The notes beneath the pieces are model-generated. The model was not told the origin of the DNA. It did not search any database and saw nothing but the letters and a program-made list of their open reading frames with translations. Source: Eledone cirrhosa (lineage: Eukaryota). From it: DNA of 64,000 bases. The DNA lies in the NCBI GenBank assembly GCA_964016885.1, contig OZ024740.1, positions 46,500,001 through 46,564,000 of the forward strand, read 5' to 3'. The position numbers were made by a program, and so were the translations under genes. Shown here piece after piece: positions 13,901 to 28,849 of this stretch (its first letter is position 1; every line of letters begins with the position of its first letter).

Positions 13901-16900
13901 ACAACCTAGCCTACCAGAATTACAATGTAACCTCTACTATAGCCACAACCTAGCCGAACAGAATTACAATGTAAACTCTACTATAGTCACAACCCAGTCT
14001 AACAGAATTACAATGTAACCTCTACTATAGTCACAACCCAGCCTAACAGAATTACAATGTAACCTCTACTATAGCCACAACCTAGCCTAACAGAATTACA
14101 ATGTAACCTCTACTATAGCCACAACCTAGCCTAACAGAATTACAATGTAACCTCTACTATAGCCACAACCTAGCCTAACAGAATTACAATGTAACCTCTA
14201 CTATAGCCACAACCTAGCCTAACAGAATTACAATGTAACCTCTACTATAGCCACAACCTAGCCTAACAGAATTACAATGTAACCTCTACTATAGCCACAA
14301 CCTAGCCTAACAGAATTACAATGTAACCTCTACTATAGCCACAACCTAGCCTAACAGAATTACAATGTAACCTCTACTATAGCCACAACCTAGCCTAACA
14401 GAATTACAATGTAACCTCTACTATAGCCACAACCTAGCCTAACAGAATTACAATGTAACCTCTACTATAGCCACAACCTAGCCTAACAGAATTACAATGT
14501 AACCTCTACTATAGCCACAACCTAGCCTAACAGAATTACAATGTAACCTCTACTATAGCCACAACACAGCCTAACAGAATTACAATGTAACCTCTACTAT
14601 AGCCACAACCCAGCCTAACAGAATTACAATGTAACCTCTACTATAGCCACAACCCAGCCTAACAGAATTACAATGTAACCTCTACTATAGCCACAACCCA
14701 GTCTAACAGAATTACAATGTAACCTCTACTATGGCCACAACCCAGCCTAACACAATTACAATGTAACCTCTACTATAGCCACAACCCAGCCTAAAAGAAT
14801 TACAATGTAACCCCTACTATAGCCACAACCCAGTCTAACAGAATTACAATGTAACCTCTACTATAGCCACAACCCAGTCTAACAGAATTACAATGTAACC
14901 TCTACTATAGCCACAACCCAACCTAACAGCAGAATTACAATGTAACCTCTACTATAGCCACAACCCAGCCTAACAGAATTACAATGTAACCTCTACTATA
15001 GCCACAACCCAGTCTAACAGAATTACAATGTAACCTCTACTATAGCCACAACCCAGTCTAACAGAATTACAATGTAACCTCTACTATAGCCACAACCCAG
15101 TCTAACAGAATTACAATGTAACCTCTACTATAGCCACAACCCATTCTAACAGAATTACAATGTAACCTCTACTATAGCCACAACCCAGTCTAGCAGAATT
15201 ACAATGTAACCTCTACTAGAGCCACAACCCAGTCTAGCAGAATTACAATGTAACCTCTACTATAGCCACAACCTAGCCTAACAGAATTACAATGTAACCT
15301 CTACTATAGCCACAACCTAGCCTAACAGAATTACAATGTAACCTCTACTATAGCCACAACCTAGCCTAACAGAATTACAATGTAACCTCTACTATAGCCA
15401 CAACCTAGCCTAACAGAATTACAATGTAAACTCTACTATAGTCACAACCCAGTCTAACAGAATTACAATGTAACCTCTACTATAGCCACAACCCAGTCTA
15501 ACAGAATTACAATGTAACCTCTACTATAGCCACAACCTAGCCTAACAGAATTACAATGTAACCTCTACTATAGCCACAACCTAGCCTAACAGAATTACAA
15601 TGTAACCTCTACTATAGCCACAACCTAGCCTAACAGAATTACAATGTAACCTCTACTATAGCCACAACCTAGCCTAACAGAATTACAATGTAACCTCTAC
15701 TATAGCCACAACCTAGCCTAACAGAATTACAATGTAAACTCTACTATAGTCACAACCCAGCCTAACAGAATTACAATGTAACCTCTACTATAGCCACAAC
15801 CCAGTCTAACAGAATTACAATGTAACCTCTACTATAGCCACAACCTAGCCTAACAGAATTACAATGTAACCTCTACTATAGCCACAACCTAGCCTACCAG
15901 AATTACAATGTAACCTCTACTATAGCCACAACCTAGCCGAACAGAATTACAATGTAAACTCTACTATAGTCACAACCCAGTCTAACAGAATTACAATGTA
16001 ACCTCTACTATAGTCACAACCCAGCCTAACAGAATTACAATGTAACCTCTACTATAGCCACAACCTAGCCTAACAGAATTACAATGTAACCTCTACTATA
16101 GCCACAACCTAGCCTAACAGAATTACAATGTAACCTCTACTATAGCCACAACCCAGTCTAGCAGAATTACAATGTAACCTCTACTATAGCCACAACCTAG
16201 TCTAACAGAATTACAATGTAACCTCTACTATAGTCACAACCCATGTGTAACAGAATTACAATGTAACCTCTACTATAGCCACAAACCAGTCTATCAGAAT
16301 TACAATGTAACCTCTACTATAGCCACAACCCAGCCTAACAGAATTACAATGTAACCTCTACTATAGCCACAACCTAGCCTAACAGAATTACAATGTAACC
16401 TCTACTATAGCCACAACCCAGCCTAACAGAATTACAATGTAACCTCTACTATAGCCACAACCTAGCCTAACAGAATTACAATGTAACCTCTACTATAGCC
16501 ACAAACCAGTCTATCAGAATTACAATGTAACCTCTACTATAGCCACAACCCAGCCTAACAGAATTACAATGTAACCTCTACTATAGCCACAACCTAGCCT
16601 AACAGAATTACAATGTAACCTCTACTATAGCCACAACCCAGCCTAACAGAATTACAATGTAACCTCTACTATAGCCACAACCCAGTCTATCAGAATTACA
16701 ATGTAACCTCTACTATAGCCACAACCCAGTATAGCAGAATTACAATGTAACCTCTACTATAGCCACAACCCAGTCTAACAGAATTACAATGTAACCTCTA
16801 CTATAGCCACAACCCAGCCTAACAGAATTACAATGTAACCTCTACTATAGTCACAACCCAGCCTAACAGAATTACAATGTAACCTCTACTATAGCCACAA

Positions 16901-19900
16901 CCCAGTCTAGCAGAATTACAACGTAACCTCTACTATAGCCACAACCTAGTCTAACAGAATTACAATGTAAACTCTACTATAGCCACAACCTAGCCTAACA
17001 GAATTACAATGTTTAACTCTACTATAGTCACAACCCGGTCTAACAGAATTACAATGTAACCTCTACTATAGTCACAACCCAGCCTAACAGAATTACAATG
17101 TAACCTCTACTATAGCCACAACCTAGCCTAACAGAATTACAATGTAACCTCTACTATAGCCACAACCTAGCCTAACAGAATTACAATGTAACCTCTACTA
17201 TAGCCACAACCTAGCCTAACAGAATTACAATGTAACCTCTACTATAGCCACAACCTAGCCTAACAGAATTACAACGTAACCTCTACAATAGCCACAACCT
17301 AGCCTAACAGAATTACAATGTAACCTCTACTATAGCCACAACCTAGCCTAACAGAATTACAATGTAACCTCTACTATAGCCACAACCTAGCCTAACAGAA
17401 TTACAATGTAACCTCTACTATAGCCACAACCTAGCCTAACAGAATTACAATGTAAACTCTACTATAGTCACAACCCAGTCTAACAGAATTACAATGTAAC
17501 CTCTACTATAGTCACAACCCAGCCTAACAGAATTACAATGTAACCTCTACTATAGCCACAACCCAGTCTATCAGAATTACAATGTAACCTCTACTATAGC
17601 CACAACCCAGTATAGCAGAATTACAATGTAACCTCTACTATAGCCACAACCCAGTCTAACAGAATTACAATGTAACCTCTACTATAGCCACAACCCAGCC
17701 TAACAGAATTACAATGTAACCTCTACTATAGTCACAACCCAGCCTAACAGAATTACAATGTAACCTCTACTATAGCCACAACCCAGTCTAGCAGAATTAC
17801 AATGTAACCTCTACTATAGCCACAACCTAGTCTAACAGAATTACAATGTAATCTCTACTATAGCCACAACCTAGCCTAACAGAATTACAATGTTTAACTC
17901 TACTATAGTCACAACCCGGTCTAACAGAATTACAATGTAACCTCTACTATAGTCACAACCCAGCCTAACAGAATTACAATGTAACCTCTACTATAGCCAC
18001 AACCTAGCCTAACAGAATTACAATGTAACCTCTACTATAGCCACAACCTAGCCTAACAGAATTACAATGTAACCTCTACTATAGCCACAACCTAGCCTAA
18101 CAGAATTACAATGTAACCTCTACTATAGCCACAACCTAGCCTAACAGAATTACAATGTAACCTCTACTATAGCCACAACCTAGCCTAACAGAATTACAAT
18201 GTAACCTCTACTATAGCCACAACCTAGCCTAACAGAATTACAATGTAACCTCTACTATAGCCACAACCTAGCCTAACAGAATTACAATGTAACCTCTACT
18301 ATAGCCACAACCTAGCCTAACAGAATTACAATGTAAACTCTACTATAGTCACAACCCAGTCTAACAGAATTACAATGTAACCTCTACTATAGTCACAACC
18401 CAGCCTAACAGAATTACAATGTAACCTCTACTATAGCCACAACCTAGCCTAACAGAATTACAATGTAACCTCTACTATAGCCACAACCTAGCCTAACAGA
18501 ATTACAATGTAACCTCTACTATAGCCACAACCCAGTCTAGCAGAATTACAATGTAACCTCTACTATAGCCACAACCTAGTCTAACAGAATTACAATGTAA
18601 CCTCTACTATAGTCACAACCCATGTGTAACAGAATTACAATGTAACCTCTACTATAGCCACAAACCAGTCTATCAGAATTACAATGTAACCTCTACTATA
18701 GCCACAACCCAGCCTAACAGAATTACAATGTAACCTCTACTATAGCCACAACCTAGCCTAACAGAATTACAATGTAACCTCTACTATAGCCACAACCCAG
18801 CCTAACAGAATTACAATGTAACCTCTACTATAGCCACAACCCAGTCTATCAGAATTACAATGTAACCTCTACTATAGCCACAACCCAGTCTAGCAGAATT
18901 ACAATGTAACCTCTACTATAGCCACAACCCAGTCTAACAGAATTACAATGTAACCTCTACTATAGCCACAACCCAGCCTAACAGAATTACAATGTAACCT
19001 CTACTATAGTCACAACCCAGCCTAACAGAATTACAATGTAACCTCTACTATAGCCACAACCCAGTCTAGCAGAATTACAATGTAACCTCTACTATAGCCA
19101 CAACCTAGTCTAACAGAATTACAATGTAAACTCTACTATAGCCACAACCTAGCCTAACAGAATTACAATGTAAACTCTACTATAGTCACAACCCAGTCTA
19201 ACAGAATTACAATGTAACCTCTACTATAGCCACAACCTAGCCTAACAGAATTACAATGTAACCTCTACTATAGCCACAACCTAGCCTAACAGAATTACAA
19301 TGTAACCTCTACTATAGCCACAACCTAGCCTAACAGAATTACAATGTAACCTCTACTATAGCCACAACCTAGCCTAACAGAATTACAATGTAACCTCTAC
19401 TATAGCCACAACCTAGCCTAACAGAATTACAATGTAACCTCTACTATAGCCACAACACAGCCTAACAGAATTACAATGTAACCTCTACTATAGCCACAAC
19501 CCAGCCTAACAGAATTACAATGTAACCTCTACTATAGCCACAACCCAGCCTAACAGAATTACAATGTAACCTCTACTATAGCCACAACCCAGTCTAACAG
19601 AATTACAATGTAACCTCTACTATGGCCACAACCCAGCCTAACAGAATTACAATGTAACCTCTACTATAGCCACAACCCAGCCTAAAAGAATTACAATGTA
19701 ACCCCTACTATAGCCACAACCCAGTCTAACAGAATTACAATGTAACCTCTACTATAGCCACAACCCAGTCTAACAGAATTACAATGTAACCTCTACTATA
19801 GCCACAACCCAACCTAACAGCAGAATTACAATGTAACCTCTACTATAGCCACAACCCAGCCTAACAGAATTACAATGTAACCTCTACTATAGCCACAACC

Positions 19901-22150
19901 CAGTCTAACAGAATTACAATGTAACCTCTACTATAGACACAACCCAGTCTAACAGAATTACAATGTAACCTCTACTATAGCCACAACCCAGTCTAACAGA
20001 ATTACAATGTAACCTCTACTATAGCCACAACCCATTCTAACAGAATTACAATGTAACCTCTACTATAGCCACAACCCAGTCTAGCAGAATTACAATGTAA
20101 CCTCTACTAGAGCCACAACCCAGTCTAGCAGAATTACAATGTAACCTCTACTATAGCCACAACCTAGCCTAACAGAATTACAATGTAACCTCTACTATAG
20201 CCACAACCTAGCCTAACAGAATTACAATGTAACCTCTACTATAGCCACAACCTAGCCTAACAGAATTACAATGTAACCTCTACTATAGCCACAACCTAGC
20301 CTAACAGAATTACGATGTAAACTCTACTATAGTCACAACCCAGTCTAACAGAATAACAATGTAACCTCTACTATAGCCACAACCCAGTCTAACAGAATTA
20401 CAATGTAACCTCTACTATAGCCACAACCTAGCCTAACAGAATTACAATGTAACCTCTACTATAGCCACAACCTAGCCTAACAGAATTACAATGTAACCTC
20501 TACTATAGCCACAACCTAGCCTAACAGAATTACAATGTAACCTCTACTATAGCCACAACCTAGCCTAACAGAATTACAATGTAACCTCTACTATAGCCAC
20601 AACCTAGCCTAACAGAATTACAATGTAAACTCTACTATAGTCACAACCCAGCCTAACAGAATTACAATGTAACCTCTACTATAGCCACAACCCAGTCTAA
20701 CAGAATTACAATGTAACCTCTACTATAGCCACAACCTAGCCTAACAGAATTACAATGTAACCTCTACTATAGCCACAACCTAGCCTACCAGAATTACAAT
20801 GTAACCTCTACTATAGCCACAACCTAGCCTAACAGAATTACAATGTAAACTCTACTATAGTCACAACCCAGTCTAACAGAATTACAATGTAACCTCTACT
20901 ATAGTCACAACCCAGCCTAACAGAATTACAATGTAACCTCTACTATAGCCACAACCTAGCCTAACAGAATTACAATGTAACCTCTACTATAGCCACAACC
21001 TAGCCTAACAGAATTACAATGTAACCTCTACTATAGCCACAACCCAGTCTAGCAGAATTACAATGTAACCTCTACTATAGCCACATCCTAGTCTAACAGA
21101 ATTACAATGTAACCTCTACTATAGTCACAACCCATGTGTAACAGAATTACAATGTAACCTCTACTATAGCCACAAACCAGTCTATCAGAATTACAATGTA
21201 ACCTCTACTATAGCCACAACCCAGCCTAACAGAATTACAATGTAACCTCTACTATAGCCACAACCTAGCCTAACAGAATTACAATGTAACCTCTACTATA
21301 GCCACAACCCAGCCTAACAGAATTACAATGTAACCTCTACTATAGCCACAACCTAGCCTAACAGAATTACAATGTAACCTCTACTATAGCCACAAACCAG
21401 TCTATCAGAATTACAATGTAACCTCTACTATAGCCACAACCCAGCCTAACAGAATTACAATGTAACCTCTACTATAGCCACAACCTAGCCTAACAGAATT
21501 ACAATGTAACCTCTACTATAGCCACAACCCAGCCTAACAGAATTACAATGTAACCTCTACTATAGCCACAACCCAGTCTATCAGAATTACAATGTAACCT
21601 CTACTATAGCCACAACCCAGTATAGCAGAATTACAATGTAACCTCTACTATAGCCACAACCCAGTCTAACAGAATTACAATGTAACCTCTACTATAGCCA
21701 CAACCCAGCCTAACAGAATTACAATGTAACCTCTACTATAGTCACAACCCAGCCTAACAGAATTACAATGTAACCTCTACTATAGCCACAACCCAGTCTA
21801 GCAGAATTACAATGTAACCTCTTCTATAGCCACAACCTAGTCTAACAGAATTACAATGTAAACTCTACTATAGCCACAACCTAGCCTAACAGAATTACAA
21901 TGTTTAACTCTACTATAGTCACAACCCGGTCTAACAGAATTACAATGTAACCTCTACTATAGTCACAACCCAGCCTAACAGAATTACAATGTAACCTCTA
22001 CTATAGCCACAACCTAGCCTAACAGAATTACAATGTAACCTCTACTATAGCCACAACCTAGCCTAACAGAATTACAATGTAACCTCTACTATAGCCACAA
22101 CCTAGCCTAACAGAATTACAATGTAACCTCTACTATAGCCACAACCTAGC
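45..22150. repeat. Segmental duplication within the array: ~45-7700 repeated at ~14500-22150 (offset 14,452 bp)
   Basis: Rare variants pair at a constant offset: 301/14753 (AACACAATT), 2470/16922 (AACGTAAC), 3400/17852 (TAATCTC), 5485/19937 (TAGACAC), 5903/20355 (GAATAAC). Confidence 0.9.
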
Positions 22151-25100
22151 CTACCAGAATTACAATGTAACCTCTACTATAGCCACAACCTAGCCTAACA
22201 GAATTACAATGTAAACTCTACTATAGTCACAACCCAGTCTAACAGAATTACAATGTAACCTCTACTATAGTCACAACCCAGCCTAACAGAATTACAATGT
22301 AACCTCTACTATAGCCACAACCTAGCCTAACAGAATTACAATGTAACCTCTACTATAGCCACAACCTAGCCTAACAGAATTACAATGTAACCTCTACTAT
22401 AGCCACAACCCAGTCTAGCAGAATTACAATGTAACCTCTACTATAGCCACATCCTAGTCTAACAGAATTACAATGTAACCTCTACTATAGTCACAACCCA
22501 TGTGTAACAGAATTACAATGTAACCTCTACTATAGCCACAAACCAGTCTATCAGAATTACAATGTAACCTCTACTATAGCCACAACCCAGCCTAACAGAA
22601 TTACAATGTAACCTCTACTATAGCCACAACCTAGCCTAACAGAATTACAATGTAACCTCTACTATAGCCACAACCCAGCCTAACAGAATTACAATGTAAC
22701 CTCTACTATAGCCACAACCTAGCCTAACAGAATTACAATGTAACCTCTACTATAGCCACAAACCAGTCTATCAGAATTACAATGTAACCTCTACTATAGC
22801 CACAACCCAGCCTAACAGAATTACAATGTAACCTCTACTATAGCCACAACCTAGCCTAACAGAATTACAATGTAACCTCTACTATAGCCACAACCCAGCC
22901 TAACAGAATTACAATGTAACCTCTACTATAGCCACAACCCAGTCTATCAGAATTACAATGTAACCTCTACTATAGCCACAACCCAGTATAGCAGAATTAC
23001 AATGTAACCTCTACTATAGCCACAACCCAGTCTAACAGAATTACAATGTAACCTCTACTATAGCCACAACCCAGCCTAACAGAATTACAATGTAACCTCT
23101 ACTATAGTCACAACCCAGCCTAACAGAATTACAATGTAACCTCTACTATAGCCACAACCCAGTCTAGCAGAATTACAATGTAACCTCTTCTATAGCCACA
23201 ACCTAGTCTAACAGAATTACAATGTAAACTCTACTATAGCCACAACCTAGCCTAACAGAATTACAATGTTTAACTCTACTATAGTCACAACCCGGTCTAA
23301 CAGAATTACAATGTAACCTCTACTATAGTCACAACCCAGCCTAACAGAATTACAATGTAACCTCTACTATAGCCACAACCTAGCCTAACAGAATTACAAT
23401 GTAACCTCTACTATAGCCACAACCTAGCCTAACAGAATTACAATGTAACCTCTACTATAGCCACAACCTAGCCTAACAGAATTACAATGTAACCTCTACT
23501 ATAGCCACAACCTAGCCTAACAGAATTACAACGTAACCTCTACAATAGCCACAACCTAGCCTAACAGAATTACAATGTAACCTCTACTATAGCCACAACC
23601 TAGCCTAACAGAATTACAATGTAACCTCTACTATAGCCACAACCTAGCCTAACAGAATTACAATGTAACCTCTACTATAGCCACAACCTAGCCTAACAGA
23701 ATTACAATGTAAACTCTACTATAGTCACAACCCAGTCTAACAGAATTACAATGTAACCTCTACTATAGTCACAACCCAGCCTAACAGAATTACAATGTAA
23801 CCTCTACTATAGCCACAACCTAGCCTAACAGAATTACAATGTAACCTCTACTATAGCCACAACCTAGCCTAACAGAATTACAATGTAACCTCTACTATAG
23901 CCACAACCCAGTCTAGCAGAATTACAATGTAACCTCTACTATAGCCACAACCTAGTCTAACAGAATTACAATGTAACCTCTACTATAGTCACAACCCATG
24001 TGTAACAGAATTACAATGTAACCTCTACTATAGCCACAAACCAGTCTATCAGAATTACAATGTAACCTCTACTATAGCCACAACCCAGCCTAACAGAATT
24101 ACAATGTAACCTCTACTATAGCCACAACCTAGCCTAACAGAATTACAATGTAACCTCTACTATAGCCACAACCCAGCCTAACAGAATTACAATGTAACCT
24201 CTACTATAGCCACAACCCAGTCTATCAGAATTACAATGTAACCTCTACTATAGCCACAACCCAGTCTAGCAGAATTACAATGTAACCTCTACTATAGCCA
24301 CAACCCAGTCTAACAGAATTACAATGTAACCTCTACTATAGCCACAACCCAGCCTAACAGAATTACAATGTAACCTCTACTATAGTCACAACCCAGCCTA
24401 ACAGAATTACAATGTAACCTCTACTATAGCCACAACCCAGTCTAGCAGAATTACAATGTAACCTCTACTATAGCCACAACCTAGTCTAACAGAATTACAA
24501 TGTAAACTCTACTATAGCCACAACCTAGCCTAACAGAATTACAATGTAAACTCTACTATAGTCACAACCCAGTCTAACAGAATTACAATGTAACCTCTAC
24601 TATAGCCACAACCTAGCCTAACAGAATTACAATGTAACCTCTACTATAGCCACAACCTAGCCTAACAGAATTACAATGTAACCTCTACTATAGCCACAAC
24701 CTAGCCTAACAGAATTACAATGTAACCTCTACTATAGCCACAACCTAGCCTAACAGAATTACAATGTAACCTCTACTATAGCCACAACCTAGCCTAACAG
24801 AATTACAATGTAACCTCTACTATAGCCACAACACAGCCTAACAGAATTACAATGTAACCTCTACTATAGCCACAACCCAGCCTAACAGAATTACAATGTA
24901 ACCTCTACTATAGCCACAACCCAGCCTAACAGAATTACAATGTAACCTCTACTATAGCCACAACCCAGTCTAACAGAATTACAATGTAACCTCTACTATG
25001 GCCACAACCCAGCCTAACAGAATTACAATGTAACCTCTACTATAGCCACAACCCAGCCTAAAAGAATTACAATGTAACCCCTACTATAGCCACAACCCAG

Positions 25101-27500
25101 TCTAACAGAATTACAATGTAACCTCTACTATAGCCACAACCCAGTCTAACAGAATTACAATGTAACCTCTACTATAGCCACAACCCAACCTAACAGCAGA
25201 ATTACAATGTAACCTCTACTATAGCCACAACCCAGCCTAACAGAATTACAATGTAACCTCTACTATAGCCACAACCCAGTCTAACAGAATTACAATGTAA
25301 CCTCTACTATAGACACAACCCAGTCTAACAGAATTACAATGTAACCTCTACTATAGCCACAACCCAGTCTAACAGAATTACAATGTAACCTCTACTATAG
25401 CCACAACCCATTCTAACAGAATTACAATGTAACCTCTACTATAGCCACAACCCAGTCTAGCAGAATTACAATGTAACCTCTACTAGAGCCACAACCCAGT
25501 CTAGCAGAATTACAATGTAACCTCTACTATAGCCACAACCTAGCCTAACAGAATTACAATGTAACCTCTACTATAGCCACAACCTAGCCTAACAGAATTA
25601 CAATGTAACCTCTACTATAGCCACAACCTAGCCTAACAGAATTACAATGTAACCTCTACTATAGCCACAACCTAGCCTAACAGAATTACGATGTAAACTC
25701 TACTATAGTCACAACCCAGTCTAACAGAATAACAATGTAACCTCTACTATAGCCACAACCCAGTCTAACAGAATTACAATGTAACCTCTACTATAGCCAC
25801 AACCTAGCCTAACAGAATTACAATGTAACCTCTACTATAGCCACAACCTAGCCTAACAGAATTACAATGTAACCTCTACTATAGCCACAACCTAGCCTAA
25901 CAGAATTACAATGTAACCTCTACTATAGCCACAACCTAGCCTAACAGAATTACAATGTAACCTCTACTATAGCCACAACCTAGCCTAACAGAATTACAAT
26001 GTAAACTCTACTATAGTCACAACCCAGCCTAACAGAATTACAATGTAACCTCTACTATAGCCACAACCCAGTCTAACAGAATTACAATGTAACCTCTACT
26101 ATAGCCACAACCTAGCCTAACAGAATTACAATGTAACCTCTACTATAGCCACAACCTAGCCTACCAGAATTACAATGTAACCTCTACTATAGCCACAACC
26201 TAGCCTAACAGAATTACAATGTAAACTCTACTATAGTCACAACCCAGTCTAACAGAATTACAATGTAACCTCTACTATAGTCACAACCCAGCCTAACAGA
26301 ATTACAATGTAACCTCTACTATAGCCACAACCTAGCCTAACAGAATTACAATGTAACCTCTACTATAGCCACAACCTAGCCTAACAGAATTACAATGTAA
26401 CCTCTACTATAGCCACAACCCAGTCTAGCAGAATTACAATGTAACCTCTACTATAGCCACATCCTAGTCTAACAGAATTACAATGTAACCTCTACTATAG
26501 TCACAACCCATGTGTAACAGAATTACAATGTAACCTCTACTATAGCCACAAACCAGTCTATCAGAATTACAATGTAACCTCTACTATAGCCACAACCCAG
26601 CCTAACAGAATTACAATGTAACCTCTACTATAGCCACAACCTAGCCTAACAGAATTACAATGTAACCTCTACTATAGCCACAACCCAGCCTAACAGAATT
26701 ACAATGTAACCTCTACTATAGCCACAACCTAGCCTAACAGAATTACAATGTAACCTCTACTATAGCCACAAACCAGTCTATCAGAATTACAATGTAACCT
26801 CTACTATAGCCACAACCCAGCCTAACAGAATTACAATGTAACCTCTACTATAGCCACAACCTAGCCTAACAGAATTACAATGTAACCTCTACTATAGCCA
26901 CAACCCAGCCTAACAGAATTACAATGTAACCTCTACTATAGCCACAACCCAGTCTATCAGAATTACAATGTAACCTCTACTATAGCCACAACCCAGTATA
27001 GCAGAATTACAATGTAACCTCTACTATAGCCACAACCCAGTCTAACAGAATTACAATGTAACCTCTACTATAGCCACAACCCAGCCTAACAGAATTACAA
27101 TGTAACCTCTACTATAGTCACAACCCAGCCTAACAGAATTACAATGTAACCTCTACTATAGCCACAACCCAGTCTAGCAGAATTACAATGTAACCTCTTC
27201 TATAGCCACAACCTAGTCTAACAGAATTACAATGTAAACTCTACTATAGCCACAACCTAGCCTAACAGAATTACAATGTTTAACTCTACTATAGTCACAA
27301 CCCGGTCTAACAGAATTACAATGTAACCTCTACTATAGTCACAACCCAGCCTAACAGAATTACAATGTAACCTCTACTATAGCCACAACCTAGCCTAACA
27401 GAATTACAATGTAACCTCTACTATAGCCACAACCTAGCCTAACAGAATTACAATGTAACCTCTACTATAGCCACAACCTAGCCTAACAGAATTACAATGT
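19400..27500. repeat. Higher-order duplication, offset 5,376 bp, containing a nested 1,366-bp tandem duplication
   Basis: Offset 5,376: 19457/24833, 19937/25313, 20314/25690, 21086/26462, 21823/27199. Offset 1,366: 21086/22452 (CACATCC) and 21823/23189 (CTCTTCTAT). Confidence 0.88.
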
Positions 27501-28849
27501 AACCTCTACTATAGCCACAACCTAGCCTAACAGAATTACAACGTAACCTCTACAATAGCCACAACCTAGCCTAACAGAATTACAATGTAACCTCTACTAT
27601 AGCCACAACCTAGCCTAACAGAATTACAATGTAACCTCTACTATAGCCACAACCTAGCCTAACAGAATTACAATGTAACCTCTACTATAGCCACAACCTA
27701 GCCTAACAGAATTACAATGTAAACTCTACTATAGTCACAACCCAGTCTAACAGAATTACAATGTAACCTCTACTATAGTCACAACCCAGCCTAACAGAAT
27801 TACAATGTAACCTCTACTATAGCCACAACCTAGCCTAACAGAATTACAATGTAACCTCTACTATAGCCACAACCTAGCCTAACAGAATTACAATGTAACC
27901 TCTACTATAGCCACAACCCAGTCTAGCAGAATTACAATGTAACCTCTACTATAGCCACAACCTAGTCTAACAGAATTACAATGTAACCTCTACTATAGTC
28001 ACAACCCATGTGTAACAGAATTTAAATGTAACCTCTACTATAGCCACAAACCAGTCTATCAGAATTACAATGTAACCTCTACTATAGCCACAACCCAGCC
28101 TAACAGAATTACAATGTAACCTCTACTATAGCCACAACCTAGCCTAACAGAATTACAATGTAACCTCTACTATAGCCACAACCCAGCCTAACAGAATTAC
28201 AATGTAACCTCTACTATAGCCACAACCCAGTCTATCAGAATTACAATGTAACCTCTACTATAGCCACAACCCAGTCTAGCAGAATTACAATGTAACCTCT
28301 ACTATAGCCACAACCCAGTCTAACAGAATTACAATGTAACCTCTACTATAGCCACAACCCAGCCTAACAGAATTACAATGTAACCTCTACTATAGTCACA
28401 ACCCAGCCTAACAAAATTACAATGTAACCTCTACTATAGCCACAACCCAGTCTAGCAGAATTACAATGTAACCTCTACTATAGCCACAACCTAGTCTAAC
28501 AGAATTACAATGTAAACTTTACTATAGCCACAACCTAGCCTAACAGAATTACAATGTAAACTCTACTATAGTCACAACCCAGTCTAACAGAATTACAATG
28601 TAACCTCTACTATAGTTACAACCCAGCCTAACAGAATTACAATGTAACCTCTACTATAGCCACAACCTAGCCTAACAGAATTACAATGTAACCTCTACTA
28701 TAGCCACAACCTAGCCTAACAGAATTACAATGTAACCTCTACTATAGCCACAACCTAGCCTAACAGAATTACAATGTAACCTCTACTATAGCCACAACCT
28801 AGCCTAACAGAATTACAATGTAACCTCTACTATAGCCACAACCTAGCCT

